A DNA stretch of 64,000 bases from an uncultured Methanosarcinales archaeon (GCA_963843555.1 CAWJKV010000004.1:64001-128000); one strand, 5' to 3'; positions 35,747-46,643 are shown, numbered from the stretch's first letter. Translations and numbers: made by a program. The notes: generated by a model from the letters alone, not told the origin.

Positions 35747-37096
35747 CTATTTCATGATCCTGAAGACTCTGTCCGTCAACATCTCGATGGGTCTATTCAC
35801 CAGAAAAGCCCTGGATCCCAGTCTCTTTCGGACGCCGAACTGGACCTGGCCTTTGAGGATGGCGAACTTCATCTTGAATTCCGAGAATTCGCTCTCAAAG
35901 GTCAGAGTGTGATCAGACAGGAGACTCGTCTCGCCTTTCCAGTCTCTCACGGACTTGTTCTTGACCCTCTCGGACAACCTGGTTCCCGGTAGAGGATAGG
36001 GCATAGTAAAAGAGAGATAATCCAGGGGAAGGGATGTTGCAAACCTTATGGTCTTAAGCACCTGGTCATCGTCCTCCCCTGGATAACAGAGAATAAAAAA
36101 TGCGCCCGTTTTGAGCCCGGCCGACATTGCCGCTCCAATAGCTCTCCCGGCCTGGTCCAGGGAGATCATCTTTCCCATGAGCCTCAATGTGGCCTCGTCA
36201 CCTGACTCGATCCCAAAGAATATCCTGTCGCAACCGGCTTTCTTCATAGCAGCTGCCGTGGCCTCGTCGATCGAGTCCACCCTGCCCAGGCACTCCCATT
36301 TGAAGTCCAGACGGCGACTTTGGATATCCTCGCAGATCTGCATTATGCGCTTCTTGTTCAAGGTGAATACATCATCTGCGAAATGAATCCGTTCATAGCC
36401 CATTGCCAGGGTCTCCTCGACCTCATTCAAGACATTTTCTGAAGAACGCTCCCGGTAAGATGTCCCAAAGACGGCATTGCTGCAGAACTCGCAGCTGAAA
36501 GGACAGCCCCGGGTGGTCATAACCGTTGTAGCGGAATAGCCAAAATGCTTCTTCCAGTAGTCGATATACATCCGGTTGGGGAAGAGATTCCTTGCAGGGA
36601 AGGGTATCTGATCCAGGTCGAGCTGCAATTCTCTCTTCGGCGTTTCAACTGTGCTGCCCTCCTGGCGGTATGTCAATCCCTCAATCTTGCCATAGCCTGT
36701 GCCCGCCTCATAAGCTGAGGCTATCTCTGCAATTGCTGATTCGCCTTCGCCCTTAATCACAAGGTCAAAATCGTCACAAAAAGAACTCGGGTCGCAGGAT
36801 GGAAGGGGGCCGCCGGCAATGAGAAGATCGCAATGATCGCGCAGCAGCCTGGCGAATGTGAGGCTCTCCTGACGCATCGTCACCATGCTGTAAACTCCTA
36901 CAATGTCGGCCCTGGCATCTATGGCCCGCCGCCTGGCTTCCCCCCGTTCCAGGAAGGTGCAGTCCAGTATCTGGGGGTGGTATCCGTGGCTTATCAGGCT
37001 TGAGGCCAAATAGCCCAATCCCAGGGGAGGGAAACGGAAAGAAGATCGGTTGTGCCCGGAGCGAAAATAGGGATAGATGAGAAGAATTCGCGTCAT
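35747..37096 (-). CDS. B12-binding radical SAM protein (class B-like)
   Basis: PPLGLGYLAS, GGP, GEGE, TRGCPFSCEFC (CxxxCxxC), FADDVF, FGIESG. Confidence 0.9.
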   Translation of the reverse strand: MTRILLIYPYFRSGHNRSSFRFPPLGLGYLASSLISHGYHPQILDCTFLERGEARRRAIDARADIVGVYSMVTMRQESLTFARLLRDHCDLLIAGGPLPSCDPSSFCDDFDLVIKGEGESAIAEIASAYEAGTGYGKIEGLTYRQEGSTVETPKRELQLDLDQIPFPARNLFPNRMYIDYWKKHFGYSATTVMTTRGCPFSCEFCSNAVFGTSYRERSSENVLNEVEETLAMGYERIHFADDVFTLNKKRIMQICEDIQSRRLDFKWECLGRVDSIDEATAAAMKKAGCDRIFFGIESGDEATLRLMGKMISLDQAGRAIGAAMSAGLKTGAFFILCYPGEDDDQVLKTIRFATSLPLDYLSFTMPYPLPGTRLSERVKNKSVRDWKGETSLLSDHTLTFESEFSEFKMKFAILKGQVQFGVRKRLGSRAFLVNRPIEMLTDRVFRIMK

Positions 37097-37914
37097 GTAC
37101 TGCCTATTGTAATGGAATAGGTGAATTCGTCTCTATGGGGCGGCAATACATAAGCGAGGCCCGACCATGCCAGCCGGCCCGGCACAAGTTCCCTGCCTCG
37201 AAACATCCTGGCACCTTCAACCTTCTTTAGAGTGAACGATAGTCCGTCTGCATGATCAAAGAATGCTGCGTATTCAGCATGGACCTCATCCCAGCTGCCT
37301 ATTTCGTTCCCTTTCAGAATAAGTCCGTCTGAATCTTCGTAAACATCAAACCAGTTTGCCCCTAGCTCATTGAGGACGATCTTCTCAGTGCAGCCGTTAA
37401 CCAAGGGAAACTTGAGACTTACTTGAATTTTTGATCCTATGATCCGATAGGCCACTCTCACCGACCCTGGACTGGGTATCCTGCAAAAGGCATCTTTCAA
37501 ACCCAGAGATCGCCTCAGAATACCAGAACAAATGGACATTCCCCTTCTCAATTCGGGCTGTTCTCTATGAATCTTGGAAAACATGTTGCAGGCCAGGCAG
37601 AATATGTGATTTTTGACAACATCATCTCCCTTAGACATGCGAGCCATAAGATCCATGGAGTATTCAGCTTCGATCAGTGAAAAGCCATCATGTCTCCCGG
37701 CCGATATCTTCCAGGAACCAGGGAATATCGATTCAGTTCCTAATTTTAGCGCCGGCATTCCAAAACCTACGCCTTCTTCTGATAGATCTCGATCCAGCCG
37801 GTCAAGGATCAGACCTTTCTGAATCCGGGAGCTGGGAAAGCTGCCGCACCCTGCTGCCATTGTCCCAATGAAAACACCTTCGAAAGTCGGGAGAGGGAAT
37901 CTTTCCAGCACCAT
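37093..37914 (-). CDS. Hypothetical protein, translationally coupled to the radical SAM gene
   Basis: 273 aa ORF with ATGA stop/start overlap. Confidence 0.7.
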   Translation of the reverse strand: MVLERFPLPTFEGVFIGTMAAGCGSFPSSRIQKGLILDRLDRDLSEEGVGFGMPALKLGTESIFPGSWKISAGRHDGFSLIEAEYSMDLMARMSKGDDVVKNHIFCLACNMFSKIHREQPELRRGMSICSGILRRSLGLKDAFCRIPSPGSVRVAYRIIGSKIQVSLKFPLVNGCTEKIVLNELGANWFDVYEDSDGLILKGNEIGSWDEVHAEYAAFFDHADGLSFTLKKVEGARMFRGRELVPGRLAWSGLAYVLPPHRDEFTYSITIGST

Positions 37915-38082
37915 AACATAACTGTTCAGATGATATAAAAACTCTCAGCACCAGTCTGAATCTGGCTTAATACCTTTCTTATTTTAGGGCAAAAAGCTGC
38001 AATTCGATATATATGCCTGATCGGGCCTGAGGCCAAACGTCTACTGGTATGGCCCAATTCAGGCTCTACATTCTTCATCCAC

Positions 38083-38412
38083 CTAGCGTTGACTTATGCG
38101 GGATTCGACTCTCGTCAGATCAGCCCTTGCAGAGGGCAATCTTCCCGTATTCTTTCGCATCAATTGGTAAGCTATCTCTGGATCCACATTGTATTTCGTC
38201 AGATATTCCTCTCGAGAGAGATTTCCACCCAGGCTGGATACGTACAATGGCGTCCCGACAATCGGAGAGATCTTTCCTGCGGGCAGAATCCATTCAAAGC
38301 CCAGAGGAAGGTCGCAGAGCCAGTCTTCCTCGTCGTATTGGGGGTCAAGGAGTATGTCCCTCTCTTTTTCATTCACTGCACCACAATTTTTACACACGAA
38401 TTTGACCTTCAT
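38083..38412 (-). CDS. Hypothetical protein with N-terminal CxxC
   Basis: MKVKFVCKNCG; GTGAGGA RBS and TTATATA box upstream. Confidence 0.65.
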   Translation of the reverse strand: MKVKFVCKNCGAVNEKERDILLDPQYDEEDWLCDLPLGFEWILPAGKISPIVGTPLYVSSLGGNLSREEYLTKYNVDPEIAYQLMRKNTGRLPSARADLTRVESRISQR

Positions 38413-38724
38413 GCACAATTCCTCACTTATTGATTAAGAAACTGCCATGACAGTATATATAATTTACTGATAGAATTATTTCAAGGCAATAGAGGGACTA
38501 CTGAATTTCACCCGGGATAATCATGGATCAAAAAATTTATTGAGACCGCCATCAGGATACAGGAAGCATACAGATCCGCGATCGGATAAATTGACATTTC
38601 GGAGACTTCAGACCGGCCTGGATTTGGTCAGACCATGATAATTGCACTCCAGGAGGCCTTGAGCGAACCGTTTCATAGTACGACCTCTGGTGCTACCCTT
38701 TGCGGAGCCCAATACCATGAGCCT

Positions 38725-38877
38725 CTAAATCCGGGTCTTTCGTGGCCGTTCATTCTTTATGCTGCCCTTCGCTTTATCAAAGACGGGAGCATCTGACTTG
38801 ATCTTCTGTGGCTTTGAGGGATCGTGTTTGCCAGGTCCCTCGATCGGCATACCCTTAGCGCCCTTTTTCTTGCTCAT
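38725..38877 (-). CDS. Small basic protein (50 aa)
   Basis: GGAGG RBS before ATG 38877; MSKKKGAKGMPIEGPGKHDPSKPQKIK... Confidence 0.55.
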   Translation of the reverse strand: MSKKKGAKGMPIEGPGKHDPSKPQKIKSDAPVFDKAKGSIKNERPRKTRI

Positions 38878-39128
38878 ACAACTCTTGCCTCCACTTATTG
38901 ATTTATCTGCCGGCACAAATTTTTATCCGGGAACTCAAATGCTATCACAATCATACCATCCAATCAATGAGACTTCAGGATGCAACATTGCCTATGTAAT
39001 TCATTTCTCATCCCATAAATACTAAACAGCAGCTTACGGCAAGTCATGATTTTCGGAGAGCGGTTCTCGACAGATCGTCCCAGGCCCGGGATTGGTCGAC
39101 AAATGCTGGCCCAAAAGGTACACCTACC

Positions 39129-39671
39129 TTGACGGCATTGATATGCCACGTGCTAAAGCCGCATAGTATCCTGGAAGAGTCTGTAGCTGCCCGTCATGTC
39201 ATCTGGATGCAAAGCCGCAAGTGTCTGCTGCAATACTGGGAATGGTGCTCCATCCGTTCCCGGGCATTCGTGGCCATTGCAGTTGTCGCTCCACGCAGCC
39301 GTTATGCAGTTGTGGAGCTTGACCTATACGGCCTTGGTGCGGGCGGCTTCGATAAAGATGCAGGCAAGGAGATCTTGCACGCCACCCTGGAACAACCTCT
39401 AAAGCCAGATTCCGTCTTTTTCGTCAGTCCGACTTACGTTTCGGCATGTGTCCAGGAGAAATCGGCCCGGGCGTTTGCAGGTCGCATTTATCGTATCGCT
39501 CAGGAAGCGCTGTCCCTGGATCAGATAACCCATGAGCAATGGATCCGAGGAAATCTGGATAGAACAGAATCTGGTGGCTGCAAGAAGAGCGCTTTCGCGC
39601 CTGTGAGTGGACTTGCCAGGGCAGAGGTGATCGAGGCTCTACGTAAGGACGGCGATGCCGCTTTTGGATAA
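39129..39671 (+). CDS. Hypothetical protein (start uncertain)
   Basis: 180 aa ORF with no long competing ORF; no recognisable motif. Confidence 0.35.
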   Translation: MTALICHVLKPHSILEESVAARHVIWMQSRKCLLQYWEWCSIRSRAFVAIAVVAPRSRYAVVELDLYGLGAGGFDKDAGKEILHATLEQPLKPDSVFFVSPTYVSACVQEKSARAFAGRIYRIAQEALSLDQITHEQWIRGNLDRTESGGCKKSAFAPVSGLARAEVIEALRKDGDAAFG

Positions 39672-39942
39672 GAAATGTGTCAGGTGCTTATGCGTCGAAC
39701 ATCGGGTCGGTATCAGGTGAAATTGTGACCGCACGCCAGACCTTCACACCGATCCATGCTATTTGTGCAAGGAAGGGGATTCAAACTAAATCGTTATTTC
39801 TTCCGGAACCGTATACCAATGGCGACATCAATGGATATCCTGAGGTTTCCTTCTGCGTGAGTCCCCTGGTTTTTTGCCATCTAACCCCAGGATCACATTT
39901 ATATTTCAATGCTTCTTTAACTGGAAGTGACGAGGCGCTGAG

Positions 39943-40560
39943 ATGAAAGGGATGGTTTTTATGATGCTGCTATCTGCGGCCTGCATTGCCGCCTTTTTGG
40001 CTGATGCGGCAACGGCGGATACGCTGGCCCAGAACTTCACCGAGCATTCCTGGGTATTCGTCAACGGCTACATGGAAGAGTCGAGAATCCTTCAGACCCA
40101 GGCGGGCTTTGGCGGCCAGAAGATGGTCCTTGGCGCCAGCGGGAGCGGAATGGTTACCAGAACCATAGATTCTGAGGTCTACAAGGACTCGAATCGGGAT
40201 GAAACATCCCTCACCAGCTCAGTCAATTTCGATTACAGACCCTATACCCCCCCGCTCACGCAGAGCGACCTGCGCAATGCTCTCTGCGCCAAGAATTACG
40301 AAGTTGGTTCGGTCTTCTCAGAGACATATCAGATTGATAAGGACCTCATCAAGGATACGAAGATCTACCAGAACGATAGCTTTTCCGTCTATGATATCAG
40401 CTCTGAGATCCAGGGGACCGCCAGGATCGGCCAGCGAGTTCAAAAGAATGCCAATACCGTTCCGTCCTTAATGATGAGCGGAACATACATGGGTTATGCG
40501 CAGATAAGATCGGAGACTGTGGCGGGAAATACATCCGTCTTGACCCTCCCCTGCCCGTGA
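39943..40560 (+). CDS. Secreted beta-rich hypothetical protein
   Basis: Signal peptide, GAGG RBS, NALCAKNYEVGSVFSE, C-terminal LPCP. Confidence 0.75.
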   Translation: MKGMVFMMLLSAACIAAFLADAATADTLAQNFTEHSWVFVNGYMEESRILQTQAGFGGQKMVLGASGSGMVTRTIDSEVYKDSNRDETSLTSSVNFDYRPYTPPLTQSDLRNALCAKNYEVGSVFSETYQIDKDLIKDTKIYQNDSFSVYDISSEIQGTARIGQRVQKNANTVPSLMMSGTYMGYAQIRSETVAGNTSVLTLPCP

Positions 40561-40766
40561 GAGCAGAATAGGGTTGGATATAATTTTAGGAGGGGGCAAA
40601 AGTCACTGAAACTGAGGGAGGGAAAGAAACGAGATTCGACTCTTGCCAAGTCGTAGATACGTCGATTGCCGTATTTAAGGATTTCGTTCCAGATCGATGC
40701 AGCAAAAGCGCAACAAATCCGACAGCAAACCCGATGCCGGCATCCCGTCAATATGCCACCCGGGCC

Positions 40767-41567
40767 TCAGGATTTCACCATATCGAATACCCACCGGCTG
40801 ACGCCAGGCGCCACATTGCCGCAGCGGCGGCATTGCATTACCTCCAGGCCCAGATCTTCGTAGCTCTGCTGAAGTTCCTCGATCTGATGGCGCTTCTTGA
40901 AGGTGTAAAAATGCAACCAGCCCCCTGCCTTCATCATTTGCAATGCCGTCTTTATGATTCGGTCCATTCCGTAGGGAGTGGGCACCACAACCCTGTCGAA
41001 ATCCGTCTTCAGCAATTCATTCATCTGAAATGCGTCCCCATTTATCACCGCGATCTTATCCTGCACATGGTTCCGCCGGGCATTCTCGGCCAGCCATAAA
41101 CATGCGTCGCGATTCTTCTCCAGAGCCACGACATGAGCCCCCCGGGCCGCAATGGGAACCACGAAGGGACCCGAGCCCGCGAATGGCACCAGCACATCTT
41201 CACCGTCTTTGACCATGTTCGCCACTCTCATTCTTTCGCTGCCGAGACGGCTGTTGAAAAAGACCCTCGCTACATCCAGGTGGTAGATAAAACCGAATTC
41301 CTTGTGGGCGGTGATGGTGTTGCCGGTGCCCGCCAGAACCTCGAAGTGGGCCACCCTTTCCTCGCCCTGCAGCCGGGAGGTCTTGTTCAGCACGGTATGA
41401 ATGTGGTTGCACTGATTCAATAGGGCTGCAGCTACCTCCTTCTTGTATCCCTCCAGCTCCGGTGCAAGGGATAGAACTGCTATGTCTCCGATGACGTGGT
41501 AGCCGTCCGAAAGCCTGCACAGGCTCTCTTCGGGCACAATTCCTCGCAGCATCTCCTTCAGGCGCAT
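40767..41567 (-). CDS. Trm5/Met-10 family tRNA methyltransferase, aTrm5a/Taw22-like
   Basis: IGDIAV, HKEFG, VFFNSRL..ER, VPFAGSGPF, DRVVVPTPY. Confidence 0.82.
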   Translation of the reverse strand: MRLKEMLRGIVPEESLCRLSDGYHVIGDIAVLSLAPELEGYKKEVAAALLNQCNHIHTVLNKTSRLQGEERVAHFEVLAGTGNTITAHKEFGFIYHLDVARVFFNSRLGSERMRVANMVKDGEDVLVPFAGSGPFVVPIAARGAHVVALEKNRDACLWLAENARRNHVQDKIAVINGDAFQMNELLKTDFDRVVVPTPYGMDRIIKTALQMMKAGGWLHFYTFKKRHQIEELQQSYEDLGLEVMQCRRCGNVAPGVSRWVFDMVKS

Positions 41568-41617
41568 CTTCGTTCCTCTCTCCTTTGCCAGCAAACCGGT
41601 CCTAAATCAAAAGAGCC

Positions 41618-42505
41618 TCAAAAGCTCCCCAGGGTAAACTGGTTTTGCAGCCTTATCTCCTTCTGTTCATGGGGCAGCATGAGCAGATCCATGAGCTGGA
41701 AGGCATTTCTCACCGACTTGGACCGGGCGTGGTTATTGAAGTAGACTCTGACCTTCTGCGCCTTCAGCTCAGCCTCTTTTATGCGCGGCACCCAAGGCAT
41801 GAGCTGCTCTTTGCTGTAGAGATAATCGTATCTGTCCAGCCGGAAGTCGTCCCCTTTATCTTTTTCATACCAGATGTCGTAATTGCGGCCGTGAAAGCGA
41901 AAGTAGGAGTGATCGGCACTGGAAGCCTTGCGGGCATGCAGACCCGGGCCGTCGACCAGAACACTGGCCACATTGCGATCATTCAGGATCTGCATCGCAT
42001 GGGGATCGATCTCCTCCCCACCCTCCTCCAGCCAGGAGCGGTGCCGAAACTCCACAGCATAATTGCAGTCACGAAAAGAGAGAGAGTCCAGAACCTTTTC
42101 CAGAGTCCATAGGGCAGAAGCCGTATTCTTGAAGTAAGGTGAGAGCTGCAGCAGCACACATCCCAGGAGGGCCGCCTCGCTCATGGGCAGGATGCAGGTC
42201 TTCTCAAAGGATTTAGCCCAATGAACGGCGCGATCACTGTCACCCTGGACCATGGACTTGTGAGTCACAAGCTGGGGCATCTTCAGGGAATACTCGAAAT
42301 CATTCAGCTCAATGCCCTTCTTTATCCAGGATGCTACCTGGAGCTCGCCCGGAGGCCGGTAGAAGGTGCTGTTAATCTCCACCGTCCGGAAATACCTGGC
42401 ATAGTAGGCCAGCCATTCGCCCTTCTTCTGGGCCAGCTCTATCGGGTAGAACCTGCCCACCCAATCGTCATAGGACCAGCCGCTAGAGCCTACCAGGATA
42501 GTCAT
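41618..42505 (-). CDS. DUF72 family protein
   Basis: VGSSGWSY, VEINSTFY, VEFRHRSW, YFRFHGRN, YFNNH. Confidence 0.92.
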   Translation of the reverse strand: MTILVGSSGWSYDDWVGRFYPIELAQKKGEWLAYYARYFRTVEINSTFYRPPGELQVASWIKKGIELNDFEYSLKMPQLVTHKSMVQGDSDRAVHWAKSFEKTCILPMSEAALLGCVLLQLSPYFKNTASALWTLEKVLDSLSFRDCNYAVEFRHRSWLEEGGEEIDPHAMQILNDRNVASVLVDGPGLHARKASSADHSYFRFHGRNYDIWYEKDKGDDFRLDRYDYLYSKEQLMPWVPRIKEAELKAQKVRVYFNNHARSKSVRNAFQLMDLLMLPHEQKEIRLQNQFTLGSF

Positions 42506-42614
42506 TAATACCCATAGACCACCCGGGGCCCATAATAGTTTTCTCTCCTCGGGCGAAGGCTTCTGAACCATACTTATTTAAAAATCCTCTTCCAGGAGGT
42601 TACAGGATCTTGAG

Positions 42615-43028
42615 ATGAGTTACATAGAAGATATCCGCAGGCTGGGAAGAGATGCCAACCCCTTCCTCCGATTGATGGGGATCGAACTGGGCCCGTTTGG
42701 TCGGGGAGAGGCCGCGCTCTCCATGCAGGTGCGGCCCGATATGCTTAACGGGGCGGGATGGCTGCAGGGAGGCCTTTTCACGTCATTAAGCGATGAAGCC
42801 ATGGCCCTGGCCCTTTTCACCGTGCTGGATGAGGATGAGGGCATCGCCACCATATCAGAGAGCACCAGCTTCTTGCAGGGCATCAGGACGGGCAGGGTCA
42901 CGGCCACGGCAAGGGTGGTCAAGCGGGGCAGAAGTGTCGCCTTCCTGGAGAGCGCCGTAACGAATTCGGATGATGGATCGCTTCTTGCCAGGACTTCTGC
43001 CTCCTTTGCCATCATGCCCGAGAGATAA
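42615..43028 (+). CDS. PaaI family thioesterase
   Basis: NPFLRLMGI...LNGAGWLQGG...DEAM hot-dog fold motif. Confidence 0.88.
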   Translation: MSYIEDIRRLGRDANPFLRLMGIELGPFGRGEAALSMQVRPDMLNGAGWLQGGLFTSLSDEAMALALFTVLDEDEGIATISESTSFLQGIRTGRVTATARVVKRGRSVAFLESAVTNSDDGSLLARTSASFAIMPER

Positions 43029-43053
43029 ATGGATTGAAGGGCAGGAGACGATT

Positions 43054-43266
43054 TTAACTAAGCTTTGCCGATTTGAATCCGGTCATGCCGTGCTCTCCCA
43101 GTTGCAGCCGGCGGACGACCTCACCCGCGGCCCTGGCGTCCTCAACGCTCGCCAGAATCCTCGTCTTGCTGAGAGTGGTTCTCTTTCCACAGGGACAGGT
43201 CCTGGTCTTGGCGTCCTGGGGAGAATATAGGTGACGGCCGCAGCTACACCGGAAGACGATGAACAT
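43054..43266 (-). CDS. DUF1922-like Zn-ribbon protein
   Basis: FRCSCGRHLY...KTRTCPCGK. Confidence 0.75.
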   Translation of the reverse strand: MFIVFRCSCGRHLYSPQDAKTRTCPCGKRTTLSKTRILASVEDARAAGEVVRRLQLGEHGMTGFKSAKLS

Positions 43267-43281
43267 TAAAAGGAAAAGGGT

Positions 43282-43665
43282 TTACTGGGGAGGCAGCAGT
43301 ATGGCATTGATGACGCCATCCTGGCCGGGCCGGTTGGTTATCCTGGCATCTCCCAGCTCTGTCTTGATGATTGCGCCCTTGGTGAGGATGTTCCTTCTCA
43401 TGTAGTGAAGATTGGCCTTATTGTCCTTTACAGTCTCGATCTTGACCGTCGTGGACTTTCCGGTCTTGGGATCAGCGACTGCGGCCATATTGCCCCGCAG
43501 CATGCGCAGCTTCTCATTTCCGCCCAGCGTCTCGATCTTCTTGACTCTGACGGCGGCAATGGTGGTGTCACTCTGCTCTCTGCCTACCTCATACTTTCTC
43601 TTGCCTCTGGCCAGAATCAATTTTCCGCCCGTGGCCTTCCTTCCGATTGTGCCTTGCCAACGCAT
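43282..43665 (-). CDS. rps8e: 30S ribosomal protein S8e
   Basis: RKATGG...KRKYEVGR...[29 protein letters not shown]. Confidence 0.96.
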   Translation of the reverse strand: MRWQGTIGRKATGGKLILARGKRKYEVGREQSDTTIAAVRVKKIETLGGNEKLRMLRGNMAAVADPKTGKSTTVKIETVKDNKANLHYMRRNILTKGAIIKTELGDARITNRPGQDGVINAILLPPQ

Positions 43666-43762
43666 ATTGTAATTCCTCAGATCGCGAATATCCTTCGGTG
43701 CAGGGAATTTAAAGGTTGTGGTGATTTTTCCAAGGCATTTTTCGGCATGCCGAGTCTTTGAC

Positions 43763-45340
43763 CTACAACAATGCTTTGGCCATGTAATTTCCAACCAGAC
43801 CGTAACCCAGCCGGCGGTAGTACCCCCGAGCACCTATGCCGCTTGTGATCTCCAGGGATGCATATCCCTCCTTCCTGGCCAGGATCTCTGCCGCCTCCAC
43901 CAGGCGGGTCCCGTATCCATGATGCTGCCACCCATCCGCTCTGCTGCCGATGGGAACCATAGGACCGTAGACATGCAGCTCCCGCACCCGCGCGCGGGGG
44001 CCCAGGCGCAGGCGCAGGAAACCAACCAGAGTACCATCCTCTGCCTCGAAAGAGAAGAAGTGCTCCACTCCGCCGCATGCGTTGTATGCCTCATGCATCA
44101 GCTCCACGTCAGCCTGCAAAACCTTGCGAAGGCCCGCTTCCCGACAGCGAATACATCGACATTTGCCGCCGCGCGCTCGTAACTGCTGCTGTGCCAGCTG
44201 GCGCAGATTTGATTTCTTCACCCCCGCCACAATTAGAGGCGATGGGATGTCCCGCTGCACCCGTTGCAGTCGGACGTAGCTGGGAAGCAGTTCCTTTATG
44301 CGAGAGACCAGCTCTGCTGCAGCAGCGTCGTCCAGAGGCGCATACTCGCCCCTCTGATATTGCCGGTAGAGCTCGGTTCCCTCCACCACCAAAGTGGGGT
44401 AGATCTTGAGGTAGTCCGGCCGAAAGCGGCTGTCCGAAAAAAGCTCCCGGAAGACCTCCAGGTCCGTTTTGGGAGTTGAGCCAGGAAGCCCGGGCATCAT
44501 ATGAAAGCCCACCTTCAGGCCCGCCTCCCGAAGATTGCGGTTGGCCGCTACGGTATCCTGGACAGTGTGGCCCCGCAACATGTTTTGCAGGATGTCGTCC
44601 CGGGTGCTCTGCACACCCAGCTCCACCTTGGTGGCCCCGAGGCTGAGCATCTCCTGGATGGCTTTATGGCCGCACCAGTCTGGACGGGTTTCGAATGTGG
44701 TTCCGATGTTGCGAACCAATGCGGTCTCATTGGCCTCGGCGAGCCCGGCAAAGGACTGCCATACGACGTCTGGGTTCGACCGGGGATAATCGTTCATGGC
44801 CTGGAGGCAGCGCCGGACAAACCAGTGCTGGTAGCCGAGAGGCCGGGAGGTCATCGTCCCGCCCATGATGATGAGCTCCGACTTGTCCAGAGGATGCCCA
44901 ATCTCGTCCAGTTGAGAAAGCCTCGCCTTCACCTGGGCGTAAGGATCATAGCCGTACTGCCCCGCCCGAAGAGCTGCCGGCTCCCGGCCGGTGTAGCTTT
45001 GCGGCGAGGTGCATTGAATTCCGCCCGGACAGGGAACACATGTGCCGTGCGGGCAGCGAGCCGGAGAGGTCATGGCAGCGATGACCGCAACGCCGGAAAG
45101 GGTTCGTGTGGGCTTACGCACCAGCATCTTGAGCGCATTGCGCTCTTCCGGCAGGGCCATGGAGAGGATATCGGCATTGCTGGGAAGAGTCGCCAGTCCG
45201 AGACGGGACGAGGCATCCTTTTTTCGTTTTTCTAGATCAGCTTCCGTCTCGATTTGATCGGCTAGCATGGCATCGATGATGCATCTCATCTCCGACTTGA
45301 GTGCATTCGGATCCCTGCATGCGAGAAGCCCCTCTTTCAT
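43763..45340 (-). CDS. elp3: Elp3 tRNA uridine(34) acetyltransferase (radical SAM + KAT)
   Basis: [54 protein letters not shown]. Confidence 0.95.
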   Translation of the reverse strand: MKEGLLACRDPNALKSEMRCIIDAMLADQIETEADLEKRKKDASSRLGLATLPSNADILSMALPEERNALKMLVRKPTRTLSGVAVIAAMTSPARCPHGTCVPCPGGIQCTSPQSYTGREPAALRAGQYGYDPYAQVKARLSQLDEIGHPLDKSELIIMGGTMTSRPLGYQHWFVRRCLQAMNDYPRSNPDVVWQSFAGLAEANETALVRNIGTTFETRPDWCGHKAIQEMLSLGATKVELGVQSTRDDILQNMLRGHTVQDTVAANRNLREAGLKVGFHMMPGLPGSTPKTDLEVFRELFSDSRFRPDYLKIYPTLVVEGTELYRQYQRGEYAPLDDAAAAELVSRIKELLPSYVRLQRVQRDIPSPLIVAGVKKSNLRQLAQQQLRARGGKCRCIRCREAGLRKVLQADVELMHEAYNACGGVEHFFSFEAEDGTLVGFLRLRLGPRARVRELHVYGPMVPIGSRADGWQHHGYGTRLVEAAEILARKEGYASLEITSGIGARGYYRRLGYGLVGNYMAKALL

Positions 45341-45346
45341 ATGCGG

Positions 45347-45682
45347 TTATTCCCGAGGTGCACCACAGGAAGGTTCAACGTCGCTTTCGGCCTTTGCTCG
45401 CGCGTATTGCTGTTCAATCTGCTGGGCGAGGTTGCACCGCAGAAGGCCTGATACGAACATGCCTGCCAATAAAACATGCTCGCGGGGCATTTCGTTCAGC
45501 GCCTCCTTGAGATTTCCCATCGCTTCCTCCTCGCTTCCGACCACCGGGTTGAAGAGCAGATTCTTGGTCAATTCGCCGATCTTCATCATCTCCTCCGAGG
45601 GGATGCCGAAGAACCCGCGAACGATCTCCAGGACCATAGTTTCCTCATCTGGTTCGAACATATCTGAGACTGGATGATTCAT
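45347..45682 (-). CDS. Hypothetical protein
   Basis: Fills the gap in a minus-strand operon, 6 nt before elp3. Confidence 0.65.
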   Translation of the reverse strand: MNHPVSDMFEPDEETMVLEIVRGFFGIPSEEMMKIGELTKNLLFNPVVGSEEEAMGNLKEALNEMPREHVLLAGMFVSGLLRCNLAQQIEQQYARAKAESDVEPSCGAPRE

Positions 45683-45701
45683 GATGAAAAGGTTTGGCTT
45701 T

Positions 45702-46643
45702 CTAGACAAGCTTGCATAGATACAGAGACTCGGAACGGCCAAGCTGTCTCAAAGCCAGGCCATCTTCATTGAGAAAGACATAGGTATTTGGCGTCTCCAT
45801 GCCGGATCCTTTTCCCTGCTCGCGCGTGAAGCTGCCCGCGTTTACGGCCAGGGGACCGCCCTTCCTCTGAAAGATGCCCGCCCGGTGCGTATCCCCGTAA
45901 ATGAAGCAATCTACCTCCCCCTGGTTCTGGTCGCGAATGAACTTCAATATGGCATCGTATTGCCCTTCTACGGAAGCAAAGTGCTGCTTACGAAAGACCC
46001 CTGATGTGAACTTTTGCAGCAAGTTGGAGGCTTTCCAGATGCGATCCTCGAAGGAGACCATCTCCCCAATGTAGGCAGAGCGGTAGATGCTCTCGTAGGC
46101 GTAGGTCATCATCATCTCCAGGTCCGCGGGCAGAAGCTCTTCTCCGGAGAGTCTGCGCAGCTTCTCTACCAGCTGCATAGTAAAGGTCTGGATGCCATCC
46201 AGGTGATGGCCGTGGGTGAAGAGAACTGTCCGGTGACAACAACTGACCCGGTAAGTAGGATAGAGCATATCGATATTCAGGCCGTTGATGGACTGGCACC
46301 AGCGGAGTGAGGGGATATAAACAGGAAAAAGATCGCCCCTTGCCATCCTCTCCATGAACTCGTCCTCCTGCTTTTGCACCACCAGGTGATGATCGTGATT
46401 TCCCACCACGTAGCGAATCTTCAGGTCCTCTTGAGATAGCCGCTTCAGAAAATAGATTGAGTCTCGCACGGCATTCTCTGGCCGAACCCTCCAGAAATCG
46501 AAGATATCGCCCAGGAGAACGACCTCATCGCAGCCGTTCCCGAATTCCGATATCTCTCGCATTAACTGGTCGACCTTTGCGGGATCATTCAGTGTCGACG
46601 AGCCCAAACCAAAGTGCGTATCTGAGATTATCACCGATGCCAT
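45702..46643 (-). CDS. Metallophosphoesterase (LpxH-like)
   Basis: ISDTH, LLGDIFDFW, GNHD, THGH, GDTH motifs. Confidence 0.88.
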   Translation of the reverse strand: MASVIISDTHFGLGSSTLNDPAKVDQLMREISEFGNGCDEVVLLGDIFDFWRVRPENAVRDSIYFLKRLSQEDLKIRYVVGNHDHHLVVQKQEDEFMERMARGDLFPVYIPSLRWCQSINGLNIDMLYPTYRVSCCHRTVLFTHGHHLDGIQTFTMQLVEKLRRLSGEELLPADLEMMMTYAYESIYRSAYIGEMVSFEDRIWKASNLLQKFTSGVFRKQHFASVEGQYDAILKFIRDQNQGEVDCFIYGDTHRAGIFQRKGGPLAVNAGSFTREQGKGSGMETPNTYVFLNEDGLALRQLGRSESLYLCKLV

